DNA of 64,000 bases from an uncultured Methanosarcinales archaeon. GTDB lineage: Archaea > Nanobdellota > Nanobdellia > Woesearchaeales > JAGWAF01. Below the pieces are notes generated by a model. That model did no database searches. It had not been told where the DNA came from and saw nothing but the letters and a program-made list of their open reading frames with translations. Positions 48,559 through 59,026 of this stretch are shown here, one piece after another. Every line of letters starts with the position of its first letter. The first letter of the stretch is position 1. The position numbers and the translations under genes were made by a program. The stretch covers positions 2,422-66,421 of the forward strand of contig CAYHWL010000001.1 of assembly GCA_964359785.1 (NCBI GenBank), in the 5' to 3' direction.

Positions 48559-49497
48559 ATGGATACTCGCCTATTGAATGTGTTATGTGTTGTCGCCATC
48601 ATATCCCTGGCTGGATGTACTACCCAGCAAGGTCCCTCGCCTTCTGCGGCATATATAGGTGGCCAGAATGGTTTTATGGTGGAGTTCCAGGCTGACGCTC
48701 CTCCAAAGGAGGTGTTTGATGGCGGAAGATATCCGTTCACCGCGGTTGTCAAGATTCAAAATGACGGCGAGTTTAGCGTCACAAAAGATAAGGTGAGAGT
48801 GACTCTCACTGGCGTCAAGGCGGAAGAGTTTTCAGTGACTCCAAATGACCTTACTAAATCCCCGACAGACGATATGACTGCTAAGAGGAAGGATGCGGCA
48901 GGCAATGTAATCCCAAGCAATCCTTTCTTTATGGAATTCAAGAACCTAAATCATGTCCAACCTATCGCAGGTTCTGCGCTAGAGTATCCGCTTAGGGCAG
49001 ATGTATGTTATAATTATGGGACCACCGGCACAGCCAAACTATGTAGCAGGTCCAGTATCCTCAATCCTGCGCCAAACGGGATCTGTGTCATCAATGAAGG
49101 TAAGTCCGTGAGCAATTCAGGCTCTCCAGTCCAGATAACCTCTTTGATTGAGACTCCAAGGGCGGCTGATAAGGTCGCTTTCACTTTCAAGGTCCAGCAT
49201 GTGGGCAAAGGCCTTCTCTATAGGAGAGGCACTTGGTGTGACAAATCCCAAGTGGTCAGGATCAATGAACAGAAAGTCTATGTGAAAGTCAGAGAGCCGC
49301 TAGGCGTTGAATGTGTTGGTTTATCCGGCACGACCCCAAGCGAGGGTGAAGTGACCCTCTTTGAAGGGCAGAACACTGTCACATGCACCGTGCCATTGGC
49401 AAGGCCGGGAGACTTTGAGTTCCCGGTTGTGATAGACCTTAACTATGATTATGAGGATAGCGTAAGCACTTCATTTGTGGTCAAACACGCTGAATGA
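48559..49497 (+). CDS. lipoprotein-like surface protein, paralog 3
   Basis: SLAGC lipobox; CYNYGT, SGSPVQI, YDY. Confidence 0.8.
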   Translation: MDTRLLNVLCVVAIISLAGCTTQQGPSPSAAYIGGQNGFMVEFQADAPPKEVFDGGRYPFTAVVKIQNDGEFSVTKDKVRVTLTGVKAEEFSVTPNDLTKSPTDDMTAKRKDAAGNVIPSNPFFMEFKNLNHVQPIAGSALEYPLRADVCYNYGTTGTAKLCSRSSILNPAPNGICVINEGKSVSNSGSPVQITSLIETPRAADKVAFTFKVQHVGKGLLYRRGTWCDKSQVVRINEQKVYVKVREPLGVECVGLSGTTPSEGEVTLFEGQNTVTCTVPLARPGDFEFPVVIDLNYDYEDSVSTSFVVKHAE

Positions 49498-49603
49498 AGG
49501 TTTTATTCTTTCTTCTTTTGTTTCTTTCCCCTCCAATTCCTTCTCAACGGTCATAGAAATTCCAATCCAAACGTTTAAATTGCGATCCTGTGTCCGGGTT
49601 ATT

Positions 49604-50563
49604 ATGGAGCTCTCTATATGGACTGAAAAGTACCGTCCAAAGGAATTTAGCGACGTGCACGGACAAGACGAGATCGTGCAGAAAGTGAAGGCTTTTGTGG
49701 AGCAGAAAAACATGCCTCACTTGCTTTTGGTAGGTCCCGCAGGTGTTGGCAAGACGTCGCTATCGCTAGTCATCGCAAAAAAACTCTTTGGTGATGCCTG
49801 GCGCGAAAATCTTTTGGAGCTCAACGCTTCTGATGAGCGTGGTATCGATGTGGTCAGGGTGAAAGTGAAAGACTTCGCAAGGACAAGAGCCATTGGCGAT
49901 GTCCCTTTCAAGATCATCCATATGGATGAATGTGACGCGCTCACAAGAGAAGCTCAGCAAGCCCTAAGGCGCACGATGGAAAACTACGCCCAGACTTGCA
50001 GGTTCATCCTTAGCGCGAACTATTCTTCAAAGATCCTTGATCCGATACAATCCAGATGCGCGGTTTTCAGGTTCAAGCCTCTAAAGAAAGAGGATATATT
50101 CAGTATTATGGATAAGGTGGCCTCACAAGAAGGCCTTTCCTTAGCTGGCGATGCCAAAGATGCCTTATTCGAAGTCTGCGATGGAGATTGCAGGCGTTTG
50201 GAGAATATCCTTCAGTCATGCGCCGCAATGAGCAAGACCATCACGGCAGAATCTGTCTTTTCCATGGCAAGTGTGGCTAGGCCTAAAGAGATCAGGGAAG
50301 TTTTGGACTTGGCCTTGGCAAACAAGTTCCAGGATGCCAAAAAACGCCTTCTCGAAGTCCTCCTCAACTATTCCTTGAGCGGCACAGATGCTATCAAGCA
50401 GATAGAGCAAAAGATCTGGGATCTGGATATTTCTGATAAGAAGAAGGTCCATCTCATCGATAGATGTGGTGAGATCGAGTTTAGGATGACTGAAGGATCT
50501 GACGAGATCTTGCAACTCGAAGCATTCCTAGCACAAGTGACCGCGGCAGGATTAAAGGACTAA
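49604..50563 (+). CDS. rfcS: replication factor C small subunit
   Basis: WTEKYRP, GPAGVGKT, LELNASDERGIDVVR, AQQALRRTME, IQSRC. Confidence 0.97.
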   Translation: MELSIWTEKYRPKEFSDVHGQDEIVQKVKAFVEQKNMPHLLLVGPAGVGKTSLSLVIAKKLFGDAWRENLLELNASDERGIDVVRVKVKDFARTRAIGDVPFKIIHMDECDALTREAQQALRRTMENYAQTCRFILSANYSSKILDPIQSRCAVFRFKPLKKEDIFSIMDKVASQEGLSLAGDAKDALFEVCDGDCRRLENILQSCAAMSKTITAESVFSMASVARPKEIREVLDLALANKFQDAKKRLLEVLLNYSLSGTDAIKQIEQKIWDLDISDKKKVHLIDRCGEIEFRMTEGSDEILQLEAFLAQVTAAGLKD

Positions 50564-50593
50564 ATTAATAAGATATTACCTATTTCTCTGTCC

Positions 50594-51481
50594 ATGGGCG
50601 AACTCACTCTTGAGATCACGAACAACTGTCCGCTTTATTGCGTCCATTGTTCGACCAGAGCATCACGCCAAGGCGACGTCTACTGGTCACTAGAAGACGT
50701 GGAACATTACACCAAAAAATATGATCACCATCAAGATATCCGTCTCTCGGGGGGAGAACCTTTCCAGCATCCGCAATTAGAAGATATCGTCAAGTATCTC
50801 CACAACCAAGGCAAGTCAGTCACTATTCTCTCAAGTGGTGTGACCAATTTCGGTGAGAATGAACTCGGAGCAAGACCCTTAACCAAGACAACCCTAAGAA
50901 GAGTCAAGCCTTTTATCAAGGAGATTGTCTTCTCAATGCAAGGTCATTATGACTCCCATGATAGGATTGTCATATCAGATCATAACCCGTATAGGCATCC
51001 GCCCTATTGGGATATACTGCTAGACTCAACAGAGCCAGTCCAAGAGCTCAATATCCCATTCTCCTTCCACACCGTCTTGATGAAATCCAACATAGATTCC
51101 ATCCCTGATATCCTTCGTGATGTCGCTTTGTTCGGTTACCATCATGGAAGGTGTGTTCGCCTCATGCATCTTCACCTCCTAAGGTTCGTCAAGCAAGGGC
51201 GTGGAAAAAAGAATGACAAGGAAGCATTGGAGCCAAAAGACTTCCAAAGAGTGCAAAAAATGATAGATGATTTCCAAGAGACTATTGATTCAGGGCAGCA
51301 TTTTCTCTTTCAGCCTGGGAAATACATTTATGTCACCCAGACCAATTCTATTCACTCAAGCGGATGTGATTGTGGCACAGCCAAATCTGTGGTTACTTAC
51401 GATAAAGAGGAGATCCCTTGCAGTGCGATGAAGAGATTCAAGGGGGTTCCAAAACCGTTCATGTGCAGGCATAGACTCTAA
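50594..51481 (+). CDS. radical SAM protein of unknown function
   Basis: EITNNCPLYCVHC, LSGGEP, C-terminal CDCG...PC. Confidence 0.85.
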   Translation: MGELTLEITNNCPLYCVHCSTRASRQGDVYWSLEDVEHYTKKYDHHQDIRLSGGEPFQHPQLEDIVKYLHNQGKSVTILSSGVTNFGENELGARPLTKTTLRRVKPFIKEIVFSMQGHYDSHDRIVISDHNPYRHPPYWDILLDSTEPVQELNIPFSFHTVLMKSNIDSIPDILRDVALFGYHHGRCVRLMHLHLLRFVKQGRGKKNDKEALEPKDFQRVQKMIDDFQETIDSGQHFLFQPGKYIYVTQTNSIHSSGCDCGTAKSVVTYDKEEIPCSAMKRFKGVPKPFMCRHRL

Positions 51482-51522
51482 GAATAAATCAAGAAAAAAA
51501 CCAAGAGATAGGAAAAAAGGAT

Positions 51523-51786
51523 CTAGATGATATCTTCTTCAGAGATGACCATAAAGTCTCCGATTGCGATGACGGCTGAGAATGGGACAAGCAGATTTCC
51601 TTCTTTATCTTTCTCAAGCTCTAATTTCTCACAGTAATTTGTTGGATTGATAAGGACCATATGGATGAGTTCACCGCTTCTTGTCTCGAATATCACATCG
51701 CCTACTTCGCCGAATCTCTTTCCTGTCTTTGACACGATTGTTTTGCCGATGATCTGTTTTGAGAATTTTTTATCTTCTTCAGCCAT
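51523..51786 (-). CDS. PRC-barrel domain protein
   Basis: IIGKTIVSKTGKRFGEVGDVIF...G....VPFSAVIAIGDFMVI. Confidence 0.85.
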   Translation of the reverse strand: MAEEDKKFSKQIIGKTIVSKTGKRFGEVGDVIFETRSGELIHMVLINPTNYCEKLELEKDKEGNLLVPFSAVIAIGDFMVISEEDII

Positions 51787-51987
51787 GCACTCTCGATGCT
51801 TGATTAGCGTATATAAACTTTTCTGTGTATAGCCTATTTAGGTTCACTGGATGGGGGTTACCAAAATCCATATTTCAGATGGATCTTGATGGCCTAACTA
51901 CTTATCCGTGACGCAGTGCGTATCTTCTTAAAGCCGATCTAGGCTTTGGCATAATCTTTATAAGTGACTGGCATGGGTAAAGTTTTG

Positions 51988-53127
51988 ATGGCTACAAGGG
52001 AAGAGTACGACAAGATGATGTTCTCATATGGCCTTAATTTGCAGGATCTCGAAGAACAGAATAGATATCTCAAAGAGACTGTCGATAACCTGAAAGTTGA
52101 GATTGAGCGCTACAGGAAAAAACCATTGCTGGTCTGTAAGATCAAGGAGATCCACAATGGTGATGCGTTGGTCCGTCTTCCTAACGGGAACGAATTTCTG
52201 GTGGGCATCGCAGAGAGCCTCTTGAATCTTGAACCCGGTGATACCGTTCTTGCGGAGCAGAAGAATCTTACTATCCTCTCAAAGATCGAGGCGCCAAAGC
52301 GTTTTGAGGTCGAGAAATTTGTGATCATCGAGAAGCCGCAAGTGGATTGGACTAGCGTTGGCGGTCTTAAAGACCAAGAGCGAGAGCTAAAAGAAGTAAT
52401 TGAGCTTCCCCTCCTAAAGCCGGATCTGTTCAAGAAGGTCGGTATTCATCCTCCAAAAGGTGTCCTCTTGCATGGTCCACCTGGCACAGGAAAGACTCTC
52501 CTTGCCAAGGCCGTAGCTTCAAGCACAAAGTCTACTTTTATTGAGATTGTAGGGAGCGAATTGGTCCAGAAATTCATCGGTGAAGGGGCTAAGATGGTCA
52601 AGGAGGTCTTCGATCTTGCTAGGCAAAAAGCACCAAGCGTCATTTTCATCGATGAGATCGATGCTATCGCGGCGACTAGGATGGATGTTGGCACAAGCGG
52701 CGAGAGGGAAGTGCAAAGGACTTTCATGCAGCTTCTGGCGGAGATCGATGGTTTCAAATCTTTGGATAATGTCAAGATCATCGGTTGCACTAACAGGAGG
52801 GATATCTTGGACACTGCGATCATCAGGCCAGGCCGTCTAGACCGTCTCATCTATGTCCCTAATCCTACGATTGAAGGGAGGATGGAGATCCTGAATATCC
52901 ATACAAAGGATATGTCGCTTGACAAAGGTATCAGTCTAAATGAAGTTGCCGCCCAGACTGACAAATTCAGCGGAGCTGAGTTGAAAGCCATCTGCACGGA
53001 AGCAGGTTATTTCGCGATCAGAAAAAACAAGACTAAAGTCAACAAAGAGGATTTCAACAATGCGATTGAGAAGATCAAAGAGGACAAACGTATGGAGTCC
53101 ACCGAATACAAGAGCATGTTTGGTTGA
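51988..53127 (+). CDS. pan: proteasome-activating nucleotidase
   Basis: coiled coil plus OB, GVLLHGPPGTGKT, VQKFIGEG, IFIDEID, RPGRLDR, MFG C-terminus. Confidence 0.95.
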   Translation: MATREEYDKMMFSYGLNLQDLEEQNRYLKETVDNLKVEIERYRKKPLLVCKIKEIHNGDALVRLPNGNEFLVGIAESLLNLEPGDTVLAEQKNLTILSKIEAPKRFEVEKFVIIEKPQVDWTSVGGLKDQERELKEVIELPLLKPDLFKKVGIHPPKGVLLHGPPGTGKTLLAKAVASSTKSTFIEIVGSELVQKFIGEGAKMVKEVFDLARQKAPSVIFIDEIDAIAATRMDVGTSGEREVQRTFMQLLAEIDGFKSLDNVKIIGCTNRRDILDTAIIRPGRLDRLIYVPNPTIEGRMEILNIHTKDMSLDKGISLNEVAAQTDKFSGAELKAICTEAGYFAIRKNKTKVNKEDFNNAIEKIKEDKRMESTEYKSMFG

Positions 53128-53200
53128 GCCGTTTCTTGCACTACCTTTTTAACCTCCCTTCCCATCAGTTGTACGTGCACGATGACCGCGTGAACACCCG

Positions 53201-53581
53201 ATGAGGCGAGAGCCCGTGACTTACGGATGTAACTGGAGAGTGCACTTTCCTGATCCAAAGCAATATCAGAAGAGATTTATCGATTATGCCCGCTTGTGGC
53301 GTAACATATTAACAGGACAGGTTCGAGGCATCTGTATAATCCATTACAATCCCAATATGCGCAAGAGGGTGCTCACAGACTGGTTTGGGGATATCCCGAT
53401 AGAGTCCACATTAAAGAAAGCAGGTTACAAGATCAAGAACCTTCACCTGCCAAATAGCAGAGTATCGACTGTCTACGCCAAATATATTAATCCTTGTAAC
53501 CACTATTCATTGACAAATCAAATCCACACACACCCTAAACACGTGTGGTTTGTATGCTCCGCATTTATAGACCCCAGTTGA
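53201..53581 (+). CDS. hypothetical protein
   Basis: only ORF filling a 380-bp gap; 3' end overlaps the convergent gene by 75 nt. Confidence 0.35.
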   Translation: MRREPVTYGCNWRVHFPDPKQYQKRFIDYARLWRNILTGQVRGICIIHYNPNMRKRVLTDWFGDIPIESTLKKAGYKIKNLHLPNSRVSTVYAKYINPCNHYSLTNQIHTHPKHVWFVCSAFIDPS

Positions 53582-54337
53582 CTTGACAATTCTTCCAAGC
53601 CCTTTGCATATTTCGACAATCCGCGCAGCCTCCAAAGCAAATTCTTCTTCATGCGCAAATGAGTATAGATGTACGATTCCTCCTTTCTTGACTGCAGGAA
53701 GCCCGACATCCAGAAATTCAGGTGCATCCTTAGGTAGCGCCATTATCACTCGATCAAACGCTCCAAGTTTAGGCACAACCTTGCGTACGTCCCCCAGATG
53801 ATTTATGACATTGGAAAGTCGATTCAACTCCTTGTTAATTTCAGCGTACTTATGTCCGATAGCGTTCAACTCAACTCCTTCCACTATACACAGTTTCTGC
53901 GCCCGTCCAATCACCATCTGGTATGGTCCGCATCCAGAGAACATTACTAAGACCCGTTCTCCAGGCATGACCATTTTTGCGATCCGCAATCTTTCAGAGG
54001 ATAATCGCGGAGAGAAAAACACTTTCTCCGCGTGTAATCGTATCTTCACGCCGCTTTCAAAATAATCCGCTTCTTTCGTCCGTTTTCCGGCTATCACTTT
54101 GAGTTTCTGCGTCCGATATGTCCCGCCATGTATTCCATTTTTCATGCAGACAGTACGGACTCCAGGATGGGCAGAAAGTAACGTCTCTCCAATCAGTTTG
54201 GCCTTCTTCAATAGTGTCGAAGGCACCTCGATGATTATCAGGTTTCCAAGCCGATCATATGAAGTGATCAACTCACCCAGCTCTTTGGGATTTAATTTCC
54301 CGGCTAGGGCGCTTTTGAGATCCTGTGGTTTGTCCAT
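53507..54337 (-). CDS. Trm5/Taw2 (Met-10+) family tRNA methyltransferase
   Basis: YDRLG, VFFSPRLSSER, MFSGCGPY, VELN, DRVIMALP. Confidence 0.9.
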   Translation of the reverse strand: MDKPQDLKSALAGKLNPKELGELITSYDRLGNLIIIEVPSTLLKKAKLIGETLLSAHPGVRTVCMKNGIHGGTYRTQKLKVIAGKRTKEADYFESGVKIRLHAEKVFFSPRLSSERLRIAKMVMPGERVLVMFSGCGPYQMVIGRAQKLCIVEGVELNAIGHKYAEINKELNRLSNVINHLGDVRKVVPKLGAFDRVIMALPKDAPEFLDVGLPAVKKGGIVHLYSFAHEEEFALEAARIVEICKGLGRIVKSTGVYKCGAYKPHVFRVCVDLICQ

Positions 54338-54338
54338 T

Positions 54339-55370
54339 TTAGTAGTCAAACAAACTTTTCTGTTTGGTCGATTCATTTGCTTCGTTTAGGTCCGATATCG
54401 TCTTCTCTACTCTATCAGCTGAAAAATCATGTCTATCGATTAGCAGTTTGCGTATCTTCTCGCCATCAGTCATATCCCATTTCAATTTATAATCATCAGT
54501 CACAGGCATATCTTTGAAAGTGTCAAATATCTCTTTCCAGGTGTGTTCGCTATGTTTTTGGAAGTCCACGTCCTTGAATAGTTCAGGATAATGCTCCCCG
54601 TTCAATTTGACAAGACGATATGCTTTTTTGGGTCCTATTCCATGCACTCCCCCATAATTGTAGTCTGTCCCAACAAGTATGGCTAGAGCGATCAATTGGT
54701 CATTTGATAATCCCAGTCGTTTCAGGTTACTGGCAAGCTCGATCAATGTAGGTTGCACTATCACGGTTCCCAATTTGGCTGTTTTCTTTCGTCGGCCTGC
54801 CGCGGACAGATTCTGTATGAGTTTGGGGCATCCGTAGAGCAAGGAATCATAATCTTGCGATACTGACGCCCAGGCGTGTCCTTTCTTGACCATGTATGCG
54901 GCCTGGGCTTCTCCTTCGCTTGGGGCCTGCACCCATGGCAATCCCAAGGCGTCAAGCAATTCCTGGCTTTCCTTGATTATTTCAGGTGTAAGAGACACGA
55001 TCCGGGACCCATACTTTTTCATCGATGCTACGTCCTTCTCCTTGATAGCCTCTTCATATTTCACCAATGCCTCATCTTTCAAGCCTCGTCTGCGTGCTCT
55101 TTCAGCCTCTTTTATCTTGGGAGGTTTTCCGTCAAAGACAAAGGCCAATTTTATCCCTTTGCACATGAAGTTCGCGCATCTAGAATGCAGGCCTATTAGA
55201 TGGCTAGTCACATTCCCATGTGAATCTGTGAAGGCCGCTCCATCAGGTTGCCTTATGGTTGTCAAGAATTGATACAGCATATTGAATCCATCGACAACAA
55301 GGGTTTTTGAGCGTAGGTCATCTACTTTGATTTCCTTGCTTTCAAATAGCTCCTTTAGGTTTACTCCCAT
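54339..55370 (-). CDS. fen: flap endonuclease 1
   Basis: MGV, LYQFLTTIRQPDG, APSEGEAQAA, SQDYD, GTDYN, GIGPK, PIP box QKSLFDY. Confidence 0.97.
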   Translation of the reverse strand: MGVNLKELFESKEIKVDDLRSKTLVVDGFNMLYQFLTTIRQPDGAAFTDSHGNVTSHLIGLHSRCANFMCKGIKLAFVFDGKPPKIKEAERARRRGLKDEALVKYEEAIKEKDVASMKKYGSRIVSLTPEIIKESQELLDALGLPWVQAPSEGEAQAAYMVKKGHAWASVSQDYDSLLYGCPKLIQNLSAAGRRKKTAKLGTVIVQPTLIELASNLKRLGLSNDQLIALAILVGTDYNYGGVHGIGPKKAYRLVKLNGEHYPELFKDVDFQKHSEHTWKEIFDTFKDMPVTDDYKLKWDMTDGEKIRKLLIDRHDFSADRVEKTISDLNEANESTKQKSLFDY

Positions 55371-55430
55371 AGATGATGCTATGGACCCTTTCTTTATATG
55401 TATTGTCCATAGGATGCTTGATCAATCTTC

Positions 55431-56483
55431 TTACTCCAAGGTCTTGATTATTATGCCTTTTAGTTCATTTGGCAGCATCTCGATGGCTTTTTTGGTGATC
55501 TCCCCACTAGTAATCATCAGACCAGGCAATTTATGATATTGCGCTTTGACAAGTAAAGTCGAAAGATCGCTTTCAGTCACTTTCTTCTTATTTTTTGCTT
55601 GGCAATAGAAAGTCACTGCTCCGACAGGACTTGGTACGAACAGGATATATTCATGGTCGGTATTTTTCTTTATCACAGTCTCTTTTTCCACTACGATTTT
55701 CTCGGCGATAAAGAATTGGGATAACGCCAAGGCGAAATCCGCCTTTGTTTCAGGTTTATGCTTAGGTTGCTCTTCCTTGCTTTTTTGAGGTTTTTCTGAT
55801 TTTATCTCCTTCTCTGATTCAACGTCATCGATTTTCACAGGAGGATTTTCTTTCTTTGATTTAGGTTTGGTGTCATGCGTCTCCGGCTTTGATAATTCAG
55901 CTTGTGTCTCTTTTTGGGTCCCCCCATTCTTGATATGCTCTTCTATTGGGATAGATCCTTGCGCCAGTTTGACAGGATTTGCCTCTTCCTTGATTGTCTG
56001 CGTTTCCGAATTTTGGGTTTCTTGCGCGGCTGGTTGGGTTTTGCCAATCAGCATCTCACGAATCTTCATTTCAGCATCATCATCATTTAGCAGGAACCAT
56101 TTATAGAAGATTTCAGAGGCACCCTCGACTCTTACAGTCAAAGGTATGGCGAAATCCCTTATCACTTTTAGGGTATATCGCGTCAAGGGATCAGAATGGC
56201 TCTCTCGGATGACGCCTTGCCCTTTTAGCCTTTCTACTGTGCGCTGTTCGTTCTTATCGAGATTCCCTATATAATTGAGCAGCATCTCCTCCTGTCCAGG
56301 AATATAGTACAAAGGCGACCCTCCGACTTTCACAGCGCTGACTTTGACTTTTCCTCGGCTGGAAAGTTCAGAGAGCACAGCGCCGCTCATGAGAAGGTTT
56401 TGCCCTATCTCCTTTGCGACATTCGCTGGTATGACTGGGCCTTTTTTCGCGATTATCTCAAGCACTGTGTCACTTATCACCAT
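55431..56483 (-). CDS. conserved hypothetical protein: winged-helix-like N-terminus, charged linker, nuclease-fold-like C-terminus
   Basis: KGPVIP..AK......GAVLSEL; C-terminal FYCQAK. Confidence 0.6.
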   Translation of the reverse strand: MVISDTVLEIIAKKGPVIPANVAKEIGQNLLMSGAVLSELSSRGKVKVSAVKVGGSPLYYIPGQEEMLLNYIGNLDKNEQRTVERLKGQGVIRESHSDPLTRYTLKVIRDFAIPLTVRVEGASEIFYKWFLLNDDDAEMKIREMLIGKTQPAAQETQNSETQTIKEEANPVKLAQGSIPIEEHIKNGGTQKETQAELSKPETHDTKPKSKKENPPVKIDDVESEKEIKSEKPQKSKEEQPKHKPETKADFALALSQFFIAEKIVVEKETVIKKNTDHEYILFVPSPVGAVTFYCQAKNKKKVTESDLSTLLVKAQYHKLPGLMITSGEITKKAIEMLPNELKGIIIKTLE

Positions 56484-56519
56484 TGATTAGAGTGGCGGAT
56501 ATGTATTATAAAAAGCATC

Positions 56520-57068
56520 CTATGGCCGGACCCATCTTATCTCATAATATGTGACATCGCCTTCGTCATCCACAACACCTATTAGCAGTCTTTTGCGTGT
56601 TGAATGGGCCACCCTGTTTTTGGCGGAGAACTCATGCCATGTGAGTATGCTTGCTTCATGCTGGGGGTACACGACCCATTTTGCATGGTCTTCTCCAGGT
56701 TTCACGCCGCGATCATAGACACGGAAATCAGCTCCGAATTTAAGGGCGGTCTTCACCACATAACCCCTGTCGCGTAGATCGCGGAACACGCAATATCTTG
56801 TCCAGAAATTTGGGTCGATCTTCTGGGCGATTTTCAAGAATGAATCGACGTTGAGCTTTTTTTTCCCGCTGCATAGATTTAGTCGTTTCTTCTCTAAAAG
56901 ATACATCGCTTCAGGCAATGATAGCTGTAATTTCCCGCTTTCAAGAAGTACGCCATAGCAGCTTGTGTTGGATAGCTCTCTGGCTGCATCTGATTCTTCT
57001 GCAAGGATCCTCTCGCGCAAGATGGCGGCGGATGCCATCTCTTTGGCGGGACCCGCCTTGTTTTCCAT
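56520..57068 (-). CDS. endA: tRNA-splicing endonuclease
   Basis: LSLPEAMYL, VFRDLRDRGY..KTALKFGADFRVY, DHA, RVAHSTRK. Confidence 0.95.
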   Translation of the reverse strand: MENKAGPAKEMASAAILRERILAEESDAARELSNTSCYGVLLESGKLQLSLPEAMYLLEKKRLNLCSGKKKLNVDSFLKIAQKIDPNFWTRYCVFRDLRDRGYVVKTALKFGADFRVYDRGVKPGEDHAKWVVYPQHEASILTWHEFSAKNRVAHSTRKRLLIGVVDDEGDVTYYEIRWVRP

Positions 57069-57090
57069 AGACGTGTCCACTCACCCAATG

Positions 57091-57098
57091 TTTATAAA
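57091..57098. promoter_or_regulatory. palindromic TATA box between divergent endA and rnz
   Basis: TTTATAAA, 23 and 27 nt from the two ATGs. Confidence 0.6.
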
Positions 57099-57124
57099 GC
57101 TTGGCAGGCTCAATGTCGATTGGA

Positions 57125-58024
57125 ATGGAGCTTACATTTTTAGGCACAAGCTGTATGGTCCCGACGAAACACAGGAATGTTTCGGGGATGTTCTTACAGT
57201 TTCGTGACCAAGGGATCCTCTTTGATTGCGGTGAGGGCACACAACGCCAGATGAATATCGCAGGGATCAAACGAACTTCTGTGACGAGGATACTTCTTAG
57301 CCATTGGCATGGGGATCATGTCTCTGGGCTAATTGGTCTAATCCAGACCCTTGGCCATGAGGAGAATGGCCCTACGCTCCATATATATGGTCCAGCACAG
57401 ACCAAACAAAGGATGTCGCATCTCTTCAACACTTGTATTTTTGGGAATAAGGTGGATATTGTGGTCCATGAAATGGATCCGGTGAAACTTGAGAGGATTG
57501 AGGATCAAGAGGAGTTTGAGATTTTCGCCGCGCCTTTGGATCACGAGGTCCCTTGTATAGGCTATCGTTTTGTGGAGAAGGACAGGCACAATATTGACAA
57601 AGACAAGATGCAAATTTTAGGTCTTAGATCTGGTCCTCATATGGCACAGCTAAAAGAAGGTAAATCTGTGGTTGTGAACAAGAAGAAGATATCTCCAAAG
57701 GATATTATCACTGTGATCAAAGGCAGATCTTTGGCCTATGTCCCTGATACTGTCTTGTGTAAAGGAGCCATGGATCTGGCCGAAGATGCGGATTTGCTGG
57801 TCAGCGAAGCTACATATGGTCATGATGAAGAGGAGAAGGCGGATAAGCATTTCCATCTTACGGCAAGGCAAGCTGCTCAATTAGCTAGCCAAAGCGGAGC
57901 GAAAAAATTGTTCCTCACACACTTCTCACAACGATACGCTGACGTGAGCAAGATTGAGGATGATGCTAAGATGGTTTTCCCAAATACTATTTGCGCCCAG
58001 GATTTCATGCGGATAAATGTATAA
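57125..58024 (+). CDS. rnz: ribonuclease Z
   Basis: FLGTS..PT..RN, FDCGEGTQRQ, HWHGDH, EATY, THFSQRY. Confidence 0.96.
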   Translation: MELTFLGTSCMVPTKHRNVSGMFLQFRDQGILFDCGEGTQRQMNIAGIKRTSVTRILLSHWHGDHVSGLIGLIQTLGHEENGPTLHIYGPAQTKQRMSHLFNTCIFGNKVDIVVHEMDPVKLERIEDQEEFEIFAAPLDHEVPCIGYRFVEKDRHNIDKDKMQILGLRSGPHMAQLKEGKSVVVNKKKISPKDIITVIKGRSLAYVPDTVLCKGAMDLAEDADLLVSEATYGHDEEEKADKHFHLTARQAAQLASQSGAKKLFLTHFSQRYADVSKIEDDAKMVFPNTICAQDFMRINV

Positions 58025-58066
58025 GAAAGGCAAACATATTTCTAGTACCAAAAAATTGATCTGCTT

Positions 58067-58453
58067 ATGAATAAGAAAGCCAAGGGTACGAATGCCGAAA
58101 GGGAGCTTATCCATAAGTTCTGGGCAGTGGATTGGGTTGCTGCAAGGGTGGCAGGCTCTGGATCTATGCAATACCCTTCTCCCGATATCATTGCGGCCAA
58201 GCACCCCAGATCATTGGTGATAGAGTCTAAAGTCACCGCAGGAGACCGGCAATATTTCGAGAGGCAGGCCATTGAGGACCTTAAGCATTTCGCCAAAGGA
58301 TTGAATGCGGAGACGTATGTCGCAGTTAAATTCAATCATGTTGGTTGGTATTTCTTTACTTTGGAGGACCTAAAAGATTCTGGGAAAAACCTTGTTATCA
58401 GTATGGATGATGCCAAAATTAGGGGTATCATCTTCGAGGAGCTCGTGCGTTGA
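58067..58453 (+). CDS. hjc: Holliday junction resolvase Hjc
   Basis: KG..AEREL, RVAGSG, PDIIA, IESK. Confidence 0.93.
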   Translation: MNKKAKGTNAERELIHKFWAVDWVAARVAGSGSMQYPSPDIIAAKHPRSLVIESKVTAGDRQYFERQAIEDLKHFAKGLNAETYVAVKFNHVGWYFFTLEDLKDSGKNLVISMDDAKIRGIIFEELVR

Positions 58454-58507
58454 GCCGGTTTACATGATGGATAAGGTTTATAAAGCTCTATATGGTATTT
58501 ATAAATA

Positions 58508-59020
58508 ATGGCGACGAGCATCAAACTGACACCTAAGATGATTGAATCAGTCATATCTGAAGTGTCAGGTAAAGATACCATCAAGCTCTATAAGGCGCTC
58601 AAAGGCAAGAAGAATGTCTCTGAATTCAAGTTGGCAGATGATATTGATGAGGAGATAAACACGACAAGAAACATGCTCTATCGCCTCCATAACGCTAATC
58701 TGGTGAGTTTCACAAGGAAAAAAGACAAACAGAAAGGTTGGTACATCTATTACTGGACTTTCAATATCAATCGCATCAAAGACCTTATGTGTGATTTGAA
58801 GAAAAAACGCTTGGAGATGCTAAGGGATCGTCTTGAAAGAGAGAAGATGAGCCACTTTTTTGCGTGTCCTGACCGTTGCATCCGTCTGGATTTTGAGCAG
58901 GCCACTGATTTTGGTTATAAATGTCCGGAATGTGGTCAATTGCTCAACCAAGAAGATAACACAAAGATTATCAAGGATTTAGAGACGGAGATTGATTCGT
59001 TGAAGAAATCTAAACAATAG
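58508..59020 (+). CDS. tfe: transcription factor E (TFIIE alpha)
   Basis: RNMLYRL, GWYIYYW, CP..C...F..A....YKCPECG. Confidence 0.93.
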   Translation: MATSIKLTPKMIESVISEVSGKDTIKLYKALKGKKNVSEFKLADDIDEEINTTRNMLYRLHNANLVSFTRKKDKQKGWYIYYWTFNINRIKDLMCDLKKKRLEMLRDRLEREKMSHFFACPDRCIRLDFEQATDFGYKCPECGQLLNQEDNTKIIKDLETEIDSLKKSKQ

Positions 59021-59026
59021 ATATGC

